A DNA stretch of 64,000 nt from an uncultured Oscillospiraceae bacterium (GTDB lineage: Bacteria; Bacillota; Clostridia; Oscillospirales; Ruminococcaceae). Every line of letters begins with the position of its first letter. Position 1 is the first letter of the stretch. This document shows, in pieces, positions 1 through 10,099 of the stretch. The position numbers and the translations under genes were made by a program. The stretch covers positions 8,847 to 72,846 of the forward strand of contig CAYJGN010000001.1 of NCBI GenBank assembly GCA_964369635.1. The letters are read 5' to 3'. The notes under the pieces are model-generated. The model was not told where the DNA came from. It did not search any database and saw only the letters and a program-made list of their open reading frames with translations.

Positions 1-1214
1 TCAGTCTGTGGGAATACTTCTTTAACCTTCTCAACTTCAAGTTTATACATCTCGGCAATTTTCGCAAATTCAGCCTCAATCTCCTCATCAGTTGCAGAAA
101 TACCCTCAACCTCAACTATTTTCTCAAGTGCAAGTCTTATTTTAACCTGTTTTGTTGCCTGCTCTTCAAATGTTCTTCTAAAGTCTGCCATCTCCATACC
201 TGTATATTTTAGGTATGTTTCAAGATTTAGCCCTTGGCTTTGTAGACGGCGAGCGGTATCTTCAATTAGCTGATCCACTTTTCTATCATACATAACTTCT
301 GGAATCTCACCCTCGATGCCCTCTATAACCTTGTCCATCAGTGCATTCTCAAGCTCTGCATCTGAATTTTTCTTCTTTGCTTCAAGCATTTTCGCTTTAA
401 CATCTTCAGTATACTCTGCAACTGTATTGAAGTCACTTACATCTTTAACGAATTCATCATCAAAAGCTGGTAGCTCACGAACCTTTAGCGAGTTTAGAGT
501 AACTTTAAATACAGCATCTTTATCAGCTAAGTTTTCAGCACCATATTCCGCTGGGAATTTAACATTAACATCAAACGAAGCACCAATTTCTTTACCAACT
601 ACCTGATCTTCAAATCCTGGAATAAAAGTTCCTGAACCGAGAGTTAGGTCGTAGTTTTGACCTTTACCACCCTCAAAAGCAACACCATCAACAAAACCTT
701 CAAAGTCGATGTTTGCGATATCTCCATCTGCTGCCGCTCTCTCTTCAACAGTTACTACCCTTGCATTTTTATCAAGAGTTCTGTCTATCTCTGTTTTAAC
801 TTCATCATCAGCTACATTAACTTCAACAGCCTCTGCCTTTATCTTTTTATAATCTTTAACTGTTATCTCAGGTTTCACAAAAACAACAGCTGAGAACTCG
901 TATCCATTGTCAAACTCTGTTGATATTAGCTCAACTTGCGGCATATCAACAGGCTCAATAGCAGCTTCAACAACAGCTTCATCATAAGCTTTGCCGTATG
1001 TTGCCTCTATAGCTTCGTTATAGAACATCTCTTTGCCATACATCTTCTCGATAAGGGTTCTCGGTGCTTTGCCTTTTCTAAAGCCCGGGACATTTATGTT
1101 CTTTTTGTTTTTATTAAATGCATCGGTAACCGCACTCTCAAACTCTTCTTTCGATACGGCTATTTTAAGCTCGTACTTATTTGTTTCGATTTTCTCACTG
1201 CTGATTAGTTTCAT
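1..1214 (-). CDS. tig: trigger factor, C-terminus cut by window edge
   Basis: The minus frame is open from the ATG at 1214-1212 to position 1. It is absent from the ORF track because it has no in-window stop. My translation starts MKLISSEKIETNKYELKIAVSKEEFESAVTDAFNKNKKNINVPGFRKGKAPRTLIEKMYG, which carries the trigger-factor GFRxGKxP signature. GGAGGA RBS (rc) at 1219-1224. The plus-strand low-complexity ORFs here are antisense artefacts. Confidence 0.9.
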   Translation of the reverse strand, partial: MKLISSEKIETNKYELKIAVSKEEFESAVTDAFNKNKKNINVPGFRKGKAPRTLIEKMYGKEMFYNEAIEATYGKAYDEAVVEAAIEPVDMPQVELISTEFDNGYEFSAVVFVKPEITVKDYKKIKAEAVEVNVADDEVKTEIDRTLDKNARVVTVEERAAADGDIANIDFEGFVDGVAFEGGKGQNYDLTLGSGTFIPGFEDQVVGKEIGASFDVNVKFPAEYGAENLADKDAVFKVTLNSLKVRELPAFDDEFVKDVSDFNTVAEYTEDVKAKMLEAKKKNSDAELENALMDKVIEGIEGEIPEVMYDRKVDQLIEDTARRLQSQGLNLETYLKYTGMEMADFRRTFEEQATKQVKIRLALEKIVEVEGISATDEEIEAEFAKIAEMYKLEVEKVKEVFPQT

Positions 1215-1346
1215 TTTTTCCTCCAAAAACTTTATTAATTTAGTTATTTTTTTGTCCTTTTAAAGAAGTGATAAAAGGCGGTCGATGTTATTTCCTCAAA
1301 CACCAATCTATATTATATCACATTTCCGCTAAAAATCTATATTTTT

Positions 1347-2033
1347 TTACAGAATTTTTAATGGTTTGAATTTTAGATAGTCCGCCGAAATAATATCTAT
1401 GAATATTTCGTCATAAAAACCTCTAAATGCATTTTTCAAACTCGGCCCGTGAAGATGACCATAGTAGCATCTTTTTATCTTGTATTTTTTCAAAACATCT
1501 ATGATAGGAGTACAGATATCATTGCCATATAACGGCGGATAATGAAGAAACACTATTATCTCGCTACCCTCTTTTGCCGTTTTTATCGAGGCCTCAAGCC
1601 GTATAGCCTCTCGCTCAATAATTTTTATACCGGCAGGGTCGCTCTTCTCGTTTATCCATCCTCGAGTTCCGCAGAGGGTTACCCCTTCCGCTTCTATGCT
1701 ATTGTTATGCAAAAGCGACATCGAGCCAAATCCATATTTAAAAAGATAATCTTCAAATTTTTTGCGCCCAGCGAACCAATAGTCATGGTTTCCCTTTAAT
1801 ATTATCTTTTTTCCCGGCAGATTTTCAATAAACTGAAAATCGAGAAAACCCTCTTCAAGGGTCGTGCACCAGCTGATATCCCCCGGAATAACAACGGTAT
1901 CACAATCCCGCACCCTGTCGTTCCAATGCTTAAATAAAAGCTCGGTATAATTTTCCCACCCTTTAAAGATATCCATCTTTTTGCTTTCAACCGCCTGCGA
2001 AAGATGCAAATCTCCAATAACAAACAAGCTCAT
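1347..2033 (-). CDS. calcineurin-like metallophosphoesterase
   Basis: ORF 1347-2084. The likely start is MSLFVIGDLHLS at 2033, which has a GGGAGA RBS and abuts the thrC stop. Motifs: GDLH, PGDISW, GNHDYW, LHYPP, GHLHG. Confidence 0.8.
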   Translation of the reverse strand: MSLFVIGDLHLSQAVESKKMDIFKGWENYTELLFKHWNDRVRDCDTVVIPGDISWCTTLEEGFLDFQFIENLPGKKIILKGNHDYWFAGRKKFEDYLFKYGFGSMSLLHNNSIEAEGVTLCGTRGWINEKSDPAGIKIIEREAIRLEASIKTAKEGSEIIVFLHYPPLYGNDICTPIIDVLKKYKIKRCYYGHLHGPSLKNAFRGFYDEIFIDIISADYLKFKPLKIL

Positions 2034-2034
2034 A

Positions 2035-3495
2035 CTATATCTCCCAGTAATCACCAATAGCCGAGAATAGGTCATTTTTATCAAAGCAATCTTTGAATCT
2101 TATCTGCTTTTTATCAAGATCTTGAAGTGGAGTCGGAATTTTCGTTTTTGTTGCTATGCTTATCTCCTCTGCCGTTGCATCATCCGAGAGGTTTAATGCT
2201 TTAGCGATAACATCTGAGAATTTATAAGGGTTCGCTGTTGCTGCAACAAGACGCTTTTTATCCGATAATCTATCTGAAACTTCAGCTGCAACCGCAGTAT
2301 GTGGATCAATTAGATAATTGTAATCATCAAAATATCGCTTTATCGTTTCTATCGTTTTCTCATCAGAGCAGTACCCGCCGATGAAATTCTCTTTTATCAG
2401 TTTGAAGGCATTATCTCCTATTTTAAAGCTCCCATTTGATGATAGTTCGCTGTAAAGTCTTGAAACTTCACCACAATCTCTATTTGTAGCAAGATAGATT
2501 AAACGCTCAAGGTTGCTTGAGATTAAAATATCCATTGAAGGAGAATAGGTAAGCTTAAATTCACGCTCTTTATCATATACTCCTGTATTTAAAAAATCGG
2601 TAAGAACATTGTTTTCATTCGAAGCACAGATAAACTTATCAAACGGCATCCCTAAAACCTTTGCAATATAAGCCGCTAAAATATTACCAAAATTCCCTGT
2701 CGGAACAACAATGTCTATAGCCTCTCCGTATTCTACCTCTTTGTCTGAAACAAGTTTTAAATAGCCATAGATATAATAGACAATCTGAGGTAATAGTCTG
2801 CCCCAGTTTATAGAGTTTGCAGTTGAGAATTTATATCCGCTCTTTGCAAGTCTATCTGATAGGCTCTTATCGGTGAAAATTTTCTTAATCCCTGTTTGCG
2901 CATCATCGAAGTTGCCTTTAACCGCCGCAACATAAACATTCTCACCCTCTTGAGTTATCATCTGAAGCCGTTGGGTGTCTGAAACACCATTTTCAGGGTA
3001 GAATACCGCTATCTTAATACCATTGATATCTGCAAAACCTGAAAGTGCCGCTTTGCCTGTATCCCCCGACGTTGCAACAAGGATGATTATCTCTTTATCA
3101 TCGCCCTCTTTTTTTGCGCTATGGACCATAAAATGCGGCAGCATCAAAAGAGCCATATCTTTGAATGCGCAAGTAGGCCCATGCCAAAGCTCTAAAAAGA
3201 AGTTGTCCCCAACTTTTCGAACAGGCACTATTTCATCTGTATCAAACCGCTCAGTATTATATGCAGCATCGATAAATTTCGAGATATCTTCACTGTTAAA
3301 GTCATCTAAAAACCTGCTCATAACAAACTTCGCAAGGTCGTTATACCCTTTGCCTATATAGCTCTTAAATTCATCAGCTGAAAACTGCGGAAACTCTTTT
3401 GGCATAAAAAGTCCGCCATCTTTTGATATTCCAGCAGTAATAACCTTAGCAGAATCAAGATTTAAGCTGCTATCTCTCGTGCTCTCATAAATCAT
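2035..3495 (-). CDS. thrC: threonine synthase (long form)
   Basis: 486 aa with the PLP-lysine motif FKDMAL and a SGDTGKAA loop. GGAGGG RBS upstream of the ATG at 3495. Confidence 0.9.
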   Translation of the reverse strand: MIYESTRDSSLNLDSAKVITAGISKDGGLFMPKEFPQFSADEFKSYIGKGYNDLAKFVMSRFLDDFNSEDISKFIDAAYNTERFDTDEIVPVRKVGDNFFLELWHGPTCAFKDMALLMLPHFMVHSAKKEGDDKEIIILVATSGDTGKAALSGFADINGIKIAVFYPENGVSDTQRLQMITQEGENVYVAAVKGNFDDAQTGIKKIFTDKSLSDRLAKSGYKFSTANSINWGRLLPQIVYYIYGYLKLVSDKEVEYGEAIDIVVPTGNFGNILAAYIAKVLGMPFDKFICASNENNVLTDFLNTGVYDKEREFKLTYSPSMDILISSNLERLIYLATNRDCGEVSRLYSELSSNGSFKIGDNAFKLIKENFIGGYCSDEKTIETIKRYFDDYNYLIDPHTAVAAEVSDRLSDKKRLVAATANPYKFSDVIAKALNLSDDATAEEISIATKTKIPTPLQDLDKKQIRFKDCFDKNDLFSAIGDYWEI

Positions 3496-4398
3496 TTAAA
3501 CCCTCCGTTTTGCAAAAAAATCGTATGCGTTTTTATAAAAAATTTTATCTGTTAGTTGCTCACTGAAATTTAATTTTAACATATAATCGTATAACTTTTC
3601 AAGAGCGGCAAGATTTTGAATTTCGCTTGGCATCACCGCACCATCCATATCGCACCCAAGCGAAACTGTATCTTCTCCGCCGATTGATAGAAAATGATAG
3701 ATATGCTTTAATATATCATCAAACGTCGGCGCATTCTCCGATAAAAATGGGCAGTGCAAATTTATTCCAACTATCCCGTCGCGCGCCACTACCTCTTTGA
3801 AAAACTCATCGGGTAAATTGCGCTTATTATCTGTGACCGCTCGCGAATTTGAATGCGTCGCTATGACCGTCTTATCGCTAAAACTTAAAACTTCAAAACA
3901 GCTTTTATCGTTAAGGTGCGAGATATCCAAAACTATATTATTATCATCAAACAACTTAACAACGCTATACCCCTGCTCACTCACCGACCCATCAGATAAA
4001 GCGCCCCCTGCGAGACAATTTTTCTCATTATGGGTAAGCGACGCTGCAAATATATTATATTCTAAAAATAAATCAAAATTATTTAGGTCGTATAAAAGCT
4101 CACAGTTTTCAACTGTTCTTATCCCGAATATCTTCCCATCGGTCTTTCTCGGCAGTTTCCCAGAAACTATATCAAAGTTTTCTATATTTCTTTCCGTGCT
4201 TGCCAAAAACTCAAAATTATCAATAAAATACTTTCGCATTAGCGTTCTTGGCATACCTTGCTCAATGTAAAGCGCAAAAGCTTGTATGTAATCTTTTTTC
4301 CCTTTTAAGGTTACCGCTGTTTTATCATTATCATACAGTGAAAGGTTTTGGCGAAAACACTCAGTTAAACTATCGCAATGGAGATCAAACAGCCTCAT
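3496..4398 (-). CDS. membrane dipeptidase family (peptidase M19)
   Basis: N-terminal FDLHCDSL metal motif, HSNSRAV, and LGCDMDG (the DxDG-type motif). ATG at 4398 with a GAGGTG RBS is preferred over the TTG at 4410. Confidence 0.75.
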   Translation of the reverse strand: MRLFDLHCDSLTECFRQNLSLYDNDKTAVTLKGKKDYIQAFALYIEQGMPRTLMRKYFIDNFEFLASTERNIENFDIVSGKLPRKTDGKIFGIRTVENCELLYDLNNFDLFLEYNIFAASLTHNEKNCLAGGALSDGSVSEQGYSVVKLFDDNNIVLDISHLNDKSCFEVLSFSDKTVIATHSNSRAVTDNKRNLPDEFFKEVVARDGIVGINLHCPFLSENAPTFDDILKHIYHFLSIGGEDTVSLGCDMDGAVMPSEIQNLAALEKLYDYMLKLNFSEQLTDKIFYKNAYDFFAKRRV

Positions 4399-4399
4399 A

Positions 4400-4750
4400 T
4401 CACACCTCAAAAGCAGATTCTATATGGTTAATTTTTGGAATAGCTCCGCTCTCTACCAATATGACGTCAAATCGAACATTATACTCATCTCTCTGCTTTG
4501 CCAAGAAAATTTTAGCCGTTTTTATAATTCTCTGCTGCTTATAATAATCAACTGAATAAACACCATCTACAAGGCTATCTTTCTTGCGAGTTTTCACCTC
4601 AACAAAAACAAGCAGCTCCCCTTTTTGCGCGATTATATCTATTTCACCAAACCGACAGCTAAAGTTTCGCTCTATTATCTTATATCCATGAAACCTTAGG
4701 TAAATCGCCGCCGCAGATTCACCGTTGTTCCCGATTTTCTTCCTATCCAT
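4400..4750 (-). CDS. yraN: YraN family (UPF0102) endonuclease-like protein
   Basis: 116 aa with GEIDIIA....VFVEVKTR, typical of UPF0102. Conserved position downstream of rnhB. Confidence 0.8.
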   Translation of the reverse strand: MDRKKIGNNGESAAAIYLRFHGYKIIERNFSCRFGEIDIIAQKGELLVFVEVKTRKKDSLVDGVYSVDYYKQQRIIKTAKIFLAKQRDEYNVRFDVILVESGAIPKINHIESAFEV

Positions 4751-5357
4751 CTTTTAAAATCTTCTTTAAAAAACTTCTTCTGTGAATATCCGATACCCCA
4801 TGTTCTTCAATCATCTGATAATGGAGCTTGGTGCCATACCCTTTATGTTTTGTGAAGAGGTATTTATCATAGTTTGACGGCAAATTTGCCATAAATTTAT
4901 CCCTCTCGACCTTTGCAAGTATAGATGCTGCCGCAATTGATGCAGAGGTAACATCCCCTTTTATAACTGTTTTCGCATTTAAAAGCCCCTGTGGCGCTTT
5001 ATTTCCATCTATAAGCACAAGGTTCGGCTCAAGAGAAAGCCCTTCCACAGCCTCTTTCATAGCCTTCATAGTTGCATTTAATATGTTAATCTCATCAATT
5101 ATCTGCGGCGAGACAAACGATACGCAGTATGAAATCGAAGCATTTATAATCTCATCGTAAAGCATATCCCTCTTTTTTTCAGAGAGCTTTTTTGAATCGT
5201 TTAAGATATCGCTATAGAAATCATCCTTTAGAATAACCGCCGCCGCAACAACAGGACCCGCAAGCGGCCCACGGCCCGCTTCGTCAACCCCTGCTAAAAT
5301 ACCATTTTCATTTATCTCTTTATCAAACAAAAACAGATTATTCATCATCGTCCTCAT
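4743..5357 (-). CDS. rnhB: ribonuclease HII
   Basis: GVDEAGRGPLAGPVV and DSKKLS motifs. The true start is probably the ATG at 5345 (GAGGA 5 nt upstream). Confidence 0.9.
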   Translation of the reverse strand: MRTMMNNLFLFDKEINENGILAGVDEAGRGPLAGPVVAAAVILKDDFYSDILNDSKKLSEKKRDMLYDEIINASISYCVSFVSPQIIDEINILNATMKAMKEAVEGLSLEPNLVLIDGNKAPQGLLNAKTVIKGDVTSASIAAASILAKVERDKFMANLPSNYDKYLFTKHKGYGTKLHYQMIEEHGVSDIHRRSFLKKILKDG

Positions 5358-6303
5358 CTAATTTATCAAGTGTTATAAGACCCATTTTGCCGCCACGAAA
5401 CTCATCAAGCACTGCAACTGATGCTCTCTCGGTATCAACAACACCACCAGCCATCAGCATTCCTCTTTTTTTACCAATCGCCTTTAAAAGCTCATATCTA
5501 TCATCAAACTCAGATGGGTCAACGCTATATCTTTCATTTATATTTCCCGGGTAATTTTCTTTAATATACCCGAGCAGCTCACAACTAAGCCATTCTAAGT
5601 CTAATATGTCATCGTTAATAGAGCCAATAAACGCTATCTTTTTTGCGTATTCTTGATTTTCGAATTTCGGGAGCAGAACTCCTGGGGTATCGAGCAGCTC
5701 AAGTCCGTCTTTAGTTGTTACCCATTGTTTTCCACGTGTTACACCCGGTCTATCCTCAACCTTTGCACGTCTGCCACCGCACAGGTTATTTATAAGCGAT
5801 GATTTCCCTACATTCGGAATACCTATAATCATCGCTCGAAGCGCTCTATTTCCCATACCCCGAGCTTTCAGCCTCTCTAAAAGCTCCGCTAAAACCTCTT
5901 CAATCGCACTGTTTATTATTTTCGAAACTCGTTTATTTTTCGAGTCAATTGCTATTGCTTTTATCCCTTTATTTTTAAAATACTCAATAAAACCCTCTGT
6001 CTTTTTATTATCTGCAAGGTCGCACTTATTTAGCAAAATTAGACGCGGTTTATGTGCGGTTAATTTCTCAAGATGGGGGTTTGTTGTCGATAGAGGCGCT
6101 CTTGCATCGCAAAGCTCGATAACTATATCAACATCTTTAACTGCCGATACAATCATCCTGCTTGTTTTAGTCATATGACCCGGATACCAGTTTATCTTAA
6201 CCTCATTTTTTTCCACAGTGGCACCGATATGATTTTCCCTCTCCATCTTTTCTTTTCTGTTTTTTCTTTTTTGTTGCATATTCATATAAAAACCCTTTTT
6301 CAA
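5338..6303 (-). CDS. rbgA: ribosome biogenesis GTPase A (YlqF/RbgA)
   Basis: WYPGHMTK motif. Circularly permuted GTPase order: NKCDL (G4), then GIPNVGKSS (G1), then DTPG (G3). The start is uncertain; the ORF opens on TTG and several internal ATGs exist. Confidence 0.85.
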   Translation of the reverse strand: MKKGFYMNMQQKRKNRKEKMERENHIGATVEKNEVKINWYPGHMTKTSRMIVSAVKDVDIVIELCDARAPLSTTNPHLEKLTAHKPRLILLNKCDLADNKKTEGFIEYFKNKGIKAIAIDSKNKRVSKIINSAIEEVLAELLERLKARGMGNRALRAMIIGIPNVGKSSLINNLCGGRRAKVEDRPGVTRGKQWVTTKDGLELLDTPGVLLPKFENQEYAKKIAFIGSINDDILDLEWLSCELLGYIKENYPGNINERYSVDPSEFDDRYELLKAIGKKRGMLMAGGVVDTERASVAVLDEFRGGKMGLITLDKLDEDDDE

Positions 6304-6476
6304 TTCCGTAACTTAATAATTATCTAATATTTGTTTGATTATACCACATTTCTCATCATTTATAAAGCATTCTCTAAAAGTGATATCTATAATAAAACCG
6401 ATAACTTTTGCATGCTTATCTTGTTATATTTTTTTTAACTATACCTAAAAACAACATTTAAATTAAGCAATAAAAA

Positions 6477-6504
6477 AGAAGCTATTACTTAATTTATAGC
6501 TTCT
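6477..6504 (-). terminator. rho-independent terminator after lepB
   Basis: AGAAGCTAT / ATAGCTTCT 9-bp stem, flanked by an A-run on one side and a T-run on the other, so it could work in both directions. Confidence 0.6.
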
Positions 6505-6511
6505 CTCTTTT

Positions 6512-7039
6512 TTATAAAATCTCAACACTATCAAATGGATAAACCCTTAAAAAGGCATGTCCAATTATATACTGCTCTTCAACAAATCCAATCGTTGCAT
6601 AGCGGCTATCTTTTGAGTTGTTTCTATTATCTCCCAAAACATAAACGCAGTTATCAGGCACAACAGCCACACCCTCAAAGCTGCCATAGTTTTTGTTTTC
6701 CTCAGGTAGAATATAATCTTCATCTAAAACATTCCCATTAACTATAATCTCACCTGTGCTATGATCTATTTCAATTGTATCCCCTTCAACAGCAACTACC
6801 CTCTTGATATAAGGTACGTAGTTTTCACTCGGCAGTGAAACTATAACTATATCCCCTCTCTCTGGAGTATAAAACATCTGCACCGCAAGCACCCTCTCGC
6901 CGTGTTCAAGGGTTGGGTACATCGAAACACCATCAATTGTTGCTATCCTTAAAACAAAGGTAAACAATATAACAACAAACGCAAGGGCCACAACTATAGC
7001 ATCAAGCCAATCGAGTATCATATTTTTAAATGATTTCAT
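6512..7039 (-). CDS. lepB: signal peptidase I
   Basis: N-terminal TM segment. SMYPTL (catalytic Ser), KRVVAVEGD (Lys box), GDNRNNSKDSR. Confidence 0.9.
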   Translation of the reverse strand: MKSFKNMILDWLDAIVVALAFVVILFTFVLRIATIDGVSMYPTLEHGERVLAVQMFYTPERGDIVIVSLPSENYVPYIKRVVAVEGDTIEIDHSTGEIIVNGNVLDEDYILPEENKNYGSFEGVAVVPDNCVYVLGDNRNNSKDSRYATIGFVEEQYIIGHAFLRVYPFDSVEIL

Positions 7040-7057
7040 AAAACACCTTCGAATTAC

Positions 7058-7086
7058 AAAAAGGAACTGAAAAACCAGTTCCTTTT
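7058..7086 (-). terminator. rho-independent terminator after rplS
   Basis: AAAGGAACTG / CAGTTCCTTT stem followed by TTTGT in the minus sense. Confidence 0.6.
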
Positions 7087-7094
7087 AAAAGTTC

Positions 7095-7439
7095 TTACTT
7101 AATCTGCTCACGAACCTTCGCGGCTTTACCTACTCTACCTCTTAGATAGTATAGTTTACCTCTGCGAACGCGGCCTCTTCTGATAATATCAACTTTAACA
7201 ACATGTGGTGAGTGGATTGGGAAAACCCTCTCAACACCAACGCCGTATGAAAGACGTCTTACTGTGAAAGTTTCCATAACTCCACCGTGTTTACGAGCTA
7301 TAACTGTTCCTTCGAACATCTGAACTCTTTCTCTCTCACCCTCTTTGATGAGAACATGTACTTTAACTGTGTCACCGATATTAAAGGTAGGCGGTGCCTC
7401 TTTAATTGACGACTGCGCAATTGTTTTTAATGCGTCCAT
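7095..7439 (-). CDS. rplS: 50S ribosomal protein L19
   Basis: 114 aa; the sequence [35 protein letters not shown]...FTVRR is typical of L19. Confidence 0.95.
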   Translation of the reverse strand: MDALKTIAQSSIKEAPPTFNIGDTVKVHVLIKEGERERVQMFEGTVIARKHGGVMETFTVRRLSYGVGVERVFPIHSPHVVKVDIIRRGRVRRGKLYYLRGRVGKAAKVREQIK

Positions 7440-7591
7440 AATTTTACCTCCTTAGTATTTAGGCATTCATGAACACAACTTTCAGAGGACTGCCTGTCTC
7501 AATGTCCGATTTTCGGGCATTAATTCCCGCCGAAGAGACAGCGGAAGCTTAAATGCTAATAGATTATACCACAACGACAAAGCAAAATCAA
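7440..7591 (-). promoter_or_regulatory. rplS promoter plus a structured 5' leader of about 115 nt (possible L19 leader)
   Basis: Minus sense: TTGATT (rc 7586-7591), a 17-nt spacer, then TGGTATAAT (TATAAT is rc of 7563-7568). The leader contains a CTGTCTC...GAGACAG stem enclosing an ATGCCCGAAAATCGGACAT hairpin. Identity with the Rfam L19 leader was not verified. Confidence 0.45.
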
Positions 7592-7596
7592 GCTTT

Positions 7597-8235
7597 TTAG
7601 CAAAACTTTTTTCGCCCCTCGATATAGAGCATCGTCCTTTTAATTTCGGTATAAATTTTTCGGTCGAGTTTCTCTTCAAAATGCTTTAAAAACAGATTTG
7701 GATTGATATTTAAATTAATGCCGCACGGCAAAAAAACATCCATTTTTGTATCTTCATCGCACTGCTCTAATTTATACTCGCTTATAAATGGTTTAATATC
7801 GGTTTCAACAAAGCCTTTTTTAGTTTTTTTAGATACGATTATCTCGCTCACCGCTAAAAGCTCTTCTATTTTTTCACAGTCGATATCTTTTAAATTTATG
7901 ATAAAACTCGCTTCATCAATAGCAGACGGTTTATTCACAGGGTAGTTTATATCTATAACCGATATACCGACTGGCATAACAGCGTTTAGCCGCTCTTTTG
8001 CAAGGTTAAAATCAACCTCTTCGGTAAACCTTAAATCAACCACCTCATAAAGGCTCTCAAAACCAAGGGATAGCGGCTGCCCAAATGTTACATATATCCT
8101 CGGGTTAAATCCTTCAGTATACCAAACAGGCAGGTTACTTCTTGCAAGCGCTCGCTGAAATGTTCTTTGTAAATCAAGATGTGAGATGTATTTTGCATTT
8201 CCTGTTTTCTCAAAAAATATTCTAATGTCTATCAT
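7597..8235 (-). CDS. TIGR03936-type (DUF2344) radical SAM-associated protein
   Basis: The start MIDIRIFFEKTGNAKYISHLDLQRTFQRALARS at 8235 matches the typical DUF2344 N-terminus. It overlaps the upstream radical SAM gene by 14 nt. Confidence 0.7.
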   Translation of the reverse strand: MIDIRIFFEKTGNAKYISHLDLQRTFQRALARSNLPVWYTEGFNPRIYVTFGQPLSLGFESLYEVVDLRFTEEVDFNLAKERLNAVMPVGISVIDINYPVNKPSAIDEASFIINLKDIDCEKIEELLAVSEIIVSKKTKKGFVETDIKPFISEYKLEQCDEDTKMDVFLPCGINLNINPNLFLKHFEEKLDRKIYTEIKRTMLYIEGRKKFC

Positions 8236-10060
8236 AGCACACCCCGCACTCATATCTATTCGCTCCGCAATTCGAACAAACCTCTCTGCAATGAGCTGTT
8301 GTTTTGCTCTCTGTCGCTTTTTTATGCTCTTCAACTAAAAACTCTTTGCTAACTCCAAAGTCGATATGATCCCAAGGATTTATCTCATCATACTCTCTTT
8401 TTCTGTTCGCATAGAAATGAGGATCAAGACCACATTCTTCAAACGCTTCAAGCCATTTATCAAATTTGAAATGCTCATCCCATCCATCAAATATGCACCC
8501 TTTCTCATAAGCTTTATAGAGAACATCGCATATCCTTCTATCTCCCCTTGCAAAAACAGCTTCTATAAAGCTTGTCTTTCCATCGTGGTAGTTTATTCGA
8601 ACTTTGTTTCCAGGTTTTGCCTCAAATAAAATTCTCTGCTTCCTCACGACCTCATCTAACTCCTCTTGAGGCTCAAATTGAAATGGAGTGTGCGGTTTTG
8701 GGACAAAAGTTGCAACGCTTACATTAATATTAAAACCGCGCCCTTTAAGCTCTGATTTATAGTATAGTCCAACTATCCCCGAAGCAGTGCGTACTATTCC
8801 CCTTATATCCTCATCTGTTTCTGTCGGAAGTCCCAGCATAAAATAGAGCTTAAACTTTGTATGCCCCTCTGAAAGTGCAGTTGTTGCCATTGTCTCTATA
8901 TCTTCTTCGGAAACGTTTTTGTTTATAACATCGCGAAGTCGCTGTGTTCCAGCTTCTGGCGCAAATGTTAAGCTACCTTTCTTTACAGTATCGCTTCTCT
9001 TTAGCATCTCACCACTAAAATTATCAACGCGAAGCGATGGTAGCGAGAGATGAACTCTTTTTTCTGCTGTCCATGGGGTGAGCTTATCTAAAAGCGGCAT
9101 AAGTCCAGTATAATCAGAGGTACTAAGCGAAGATAGCGATATCTCATCATAGCCGCTTGTCTCACATAGCACCTTTGCTTGTCCTGAGAGTATGTTGCTG
9201 CTTTTCTCACGAAGTGGCCTATAAATATAACCCGCCTGACAAAACCGACATCCACGAATACAACCGCGCATAACCTCAAGCATCGCTCTATCATGAACAA
9301 TATCAATATAAGGAACAACAAATCTCTCGGGGTAAAAAACAGCATCAAGATCTTTTATAATCCTTTTTTTAACGGTTTTCGGCGCACCGTTTATAGTTTT
9401 AACCTCTTTTATTGTTCCATCATCGTTATATGAAAACTCATAAAAACTCGGGATATACACCCCTTCAATTCTCATTGCTTTTTTTAGAAAATCTTGCTTA
9501 CTATCGCCCTTTTTCTTTGAAATTTTATATAAATCACAAAGCTCAATAATAGCTTCTTCCGCTTCACCAAGCACAAAAATATCGATAAAATCAGCTATAG
9601 TTTCTGGGTTACATGCACATGGGCCACCGGCAATAACGAGATTGTGCAATCCATCTCTATCAGCGCTTTTTAGCGGTATACCAGCATCATCGAGCATCGA
9701 GAGGATATTCGTATAAGATAGCTCATACTGCAAGGTAAATCCAATTATATCAAACTCTGATAACGGGGTGAAACTCTCAAGACTTTGCGGCAACACTGCG
9801 TTTTCCTTAAAAATCTCTGCTGCCTCAGGCATTGCAGAGAAAAACCTCTCACAGTAGATATCTTTTTCATTGTTTAGAAGTGAATACAGGATTTTCATCC
9901 CAAGATGGGACATTCCAACCTCATAGCTATCGGGAAAGCAGAAGGCAAATCTCAAATCAACCTCATCTAAATTTTTATAGACGCTATTAACTTCGCCACC
10001 TATATATCTTGCAGGTTTTTCGATAGAAGATAAAACCCTCTTAAAGTTTTCATTATACAT
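8222..10060 (-). CDS. B12-binding-domain radical SAM protein (TIGR03960-type)
   Basis: CIRGCRFCQAG CxxxCxxC cluster motif and an N-terminal B12-like domain. ATG at 10060 behind GGAGGA. The TTG at 10078 sits inside the RBS, so it is unlikely to be the start. Confidence 0.75.
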   Translation of the reverse strand: MYNENFKRVLSSIEKPARYIGGEVNSVYKNLDEVDLRFAFCFPDSYEVGMSHLGMKILYSLLNNEKDIYCERFFSAMPEAAEIFKENAVLPQSLESFTPLSEFDIIGFTLQYELSYTNILSMLDDAGIPLKSADRDGLHNLVIAGGPCACNPETIADFIDIFVLGEAEEAIIELCDLYKISKKKGDSKQDFLKKAMRIEGVYIPSFYEFSYNDDGTIKEVKTINGAPKTVKKRIIKDLDAVFYPERFVVPYIDIVHDRAMLEVMRGCIRGCRFCQAGYIYRPLREKSSNILSGQAKVLCETSGYDEISLSSLSTSDYTGLMPLLDKLTPWTAEKRVHLSLPSLRVDNFSGEMLKRSDTVKKGSLTFAPEAGTQRLRDVINKNVSEEDIETMATTALSEGHTKFKLYFMLGLPTETDEDIRGIVRTASGIVGLYYKSELKGRGFNINVSVATFVPKPHTPFQFEPQEELDEVVRKQRILFEAKPGNKVRINYHDGKTSFIEAVFARGDRRICDVLYKAYEKGCIFDGWDEHFKFDKWLEAFEECGLDPHFYANRKREYDEINPWDHIDFGVSKEFLVEEHKKATESKTTAHCREVCSNCGANRYECGVCYDRH

Positions 10061-10099
10061 AAAAAATAATTCCTCCAAATAATAACTACCTATATCATA

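Noticed and set aside
316-1263. Four plus-strand ORFs (316-606, 657-893, 936-1208, 1033-1263) with low-complexity S/L/F-rich products
   Set aside because: They lie antisense to an uninterrupted minus-strand frame that encodes an unmistakable trigger factor. Their composition is typical of shadow ORFs.
7482-7679. 65-aa minus-strand ORF overlapping the rplS leader and the DUF2344 gene end
   Set aside because: It overlaps the promoter and leader of rplS and the 3' end of a conserved gene, and it has no RBS.
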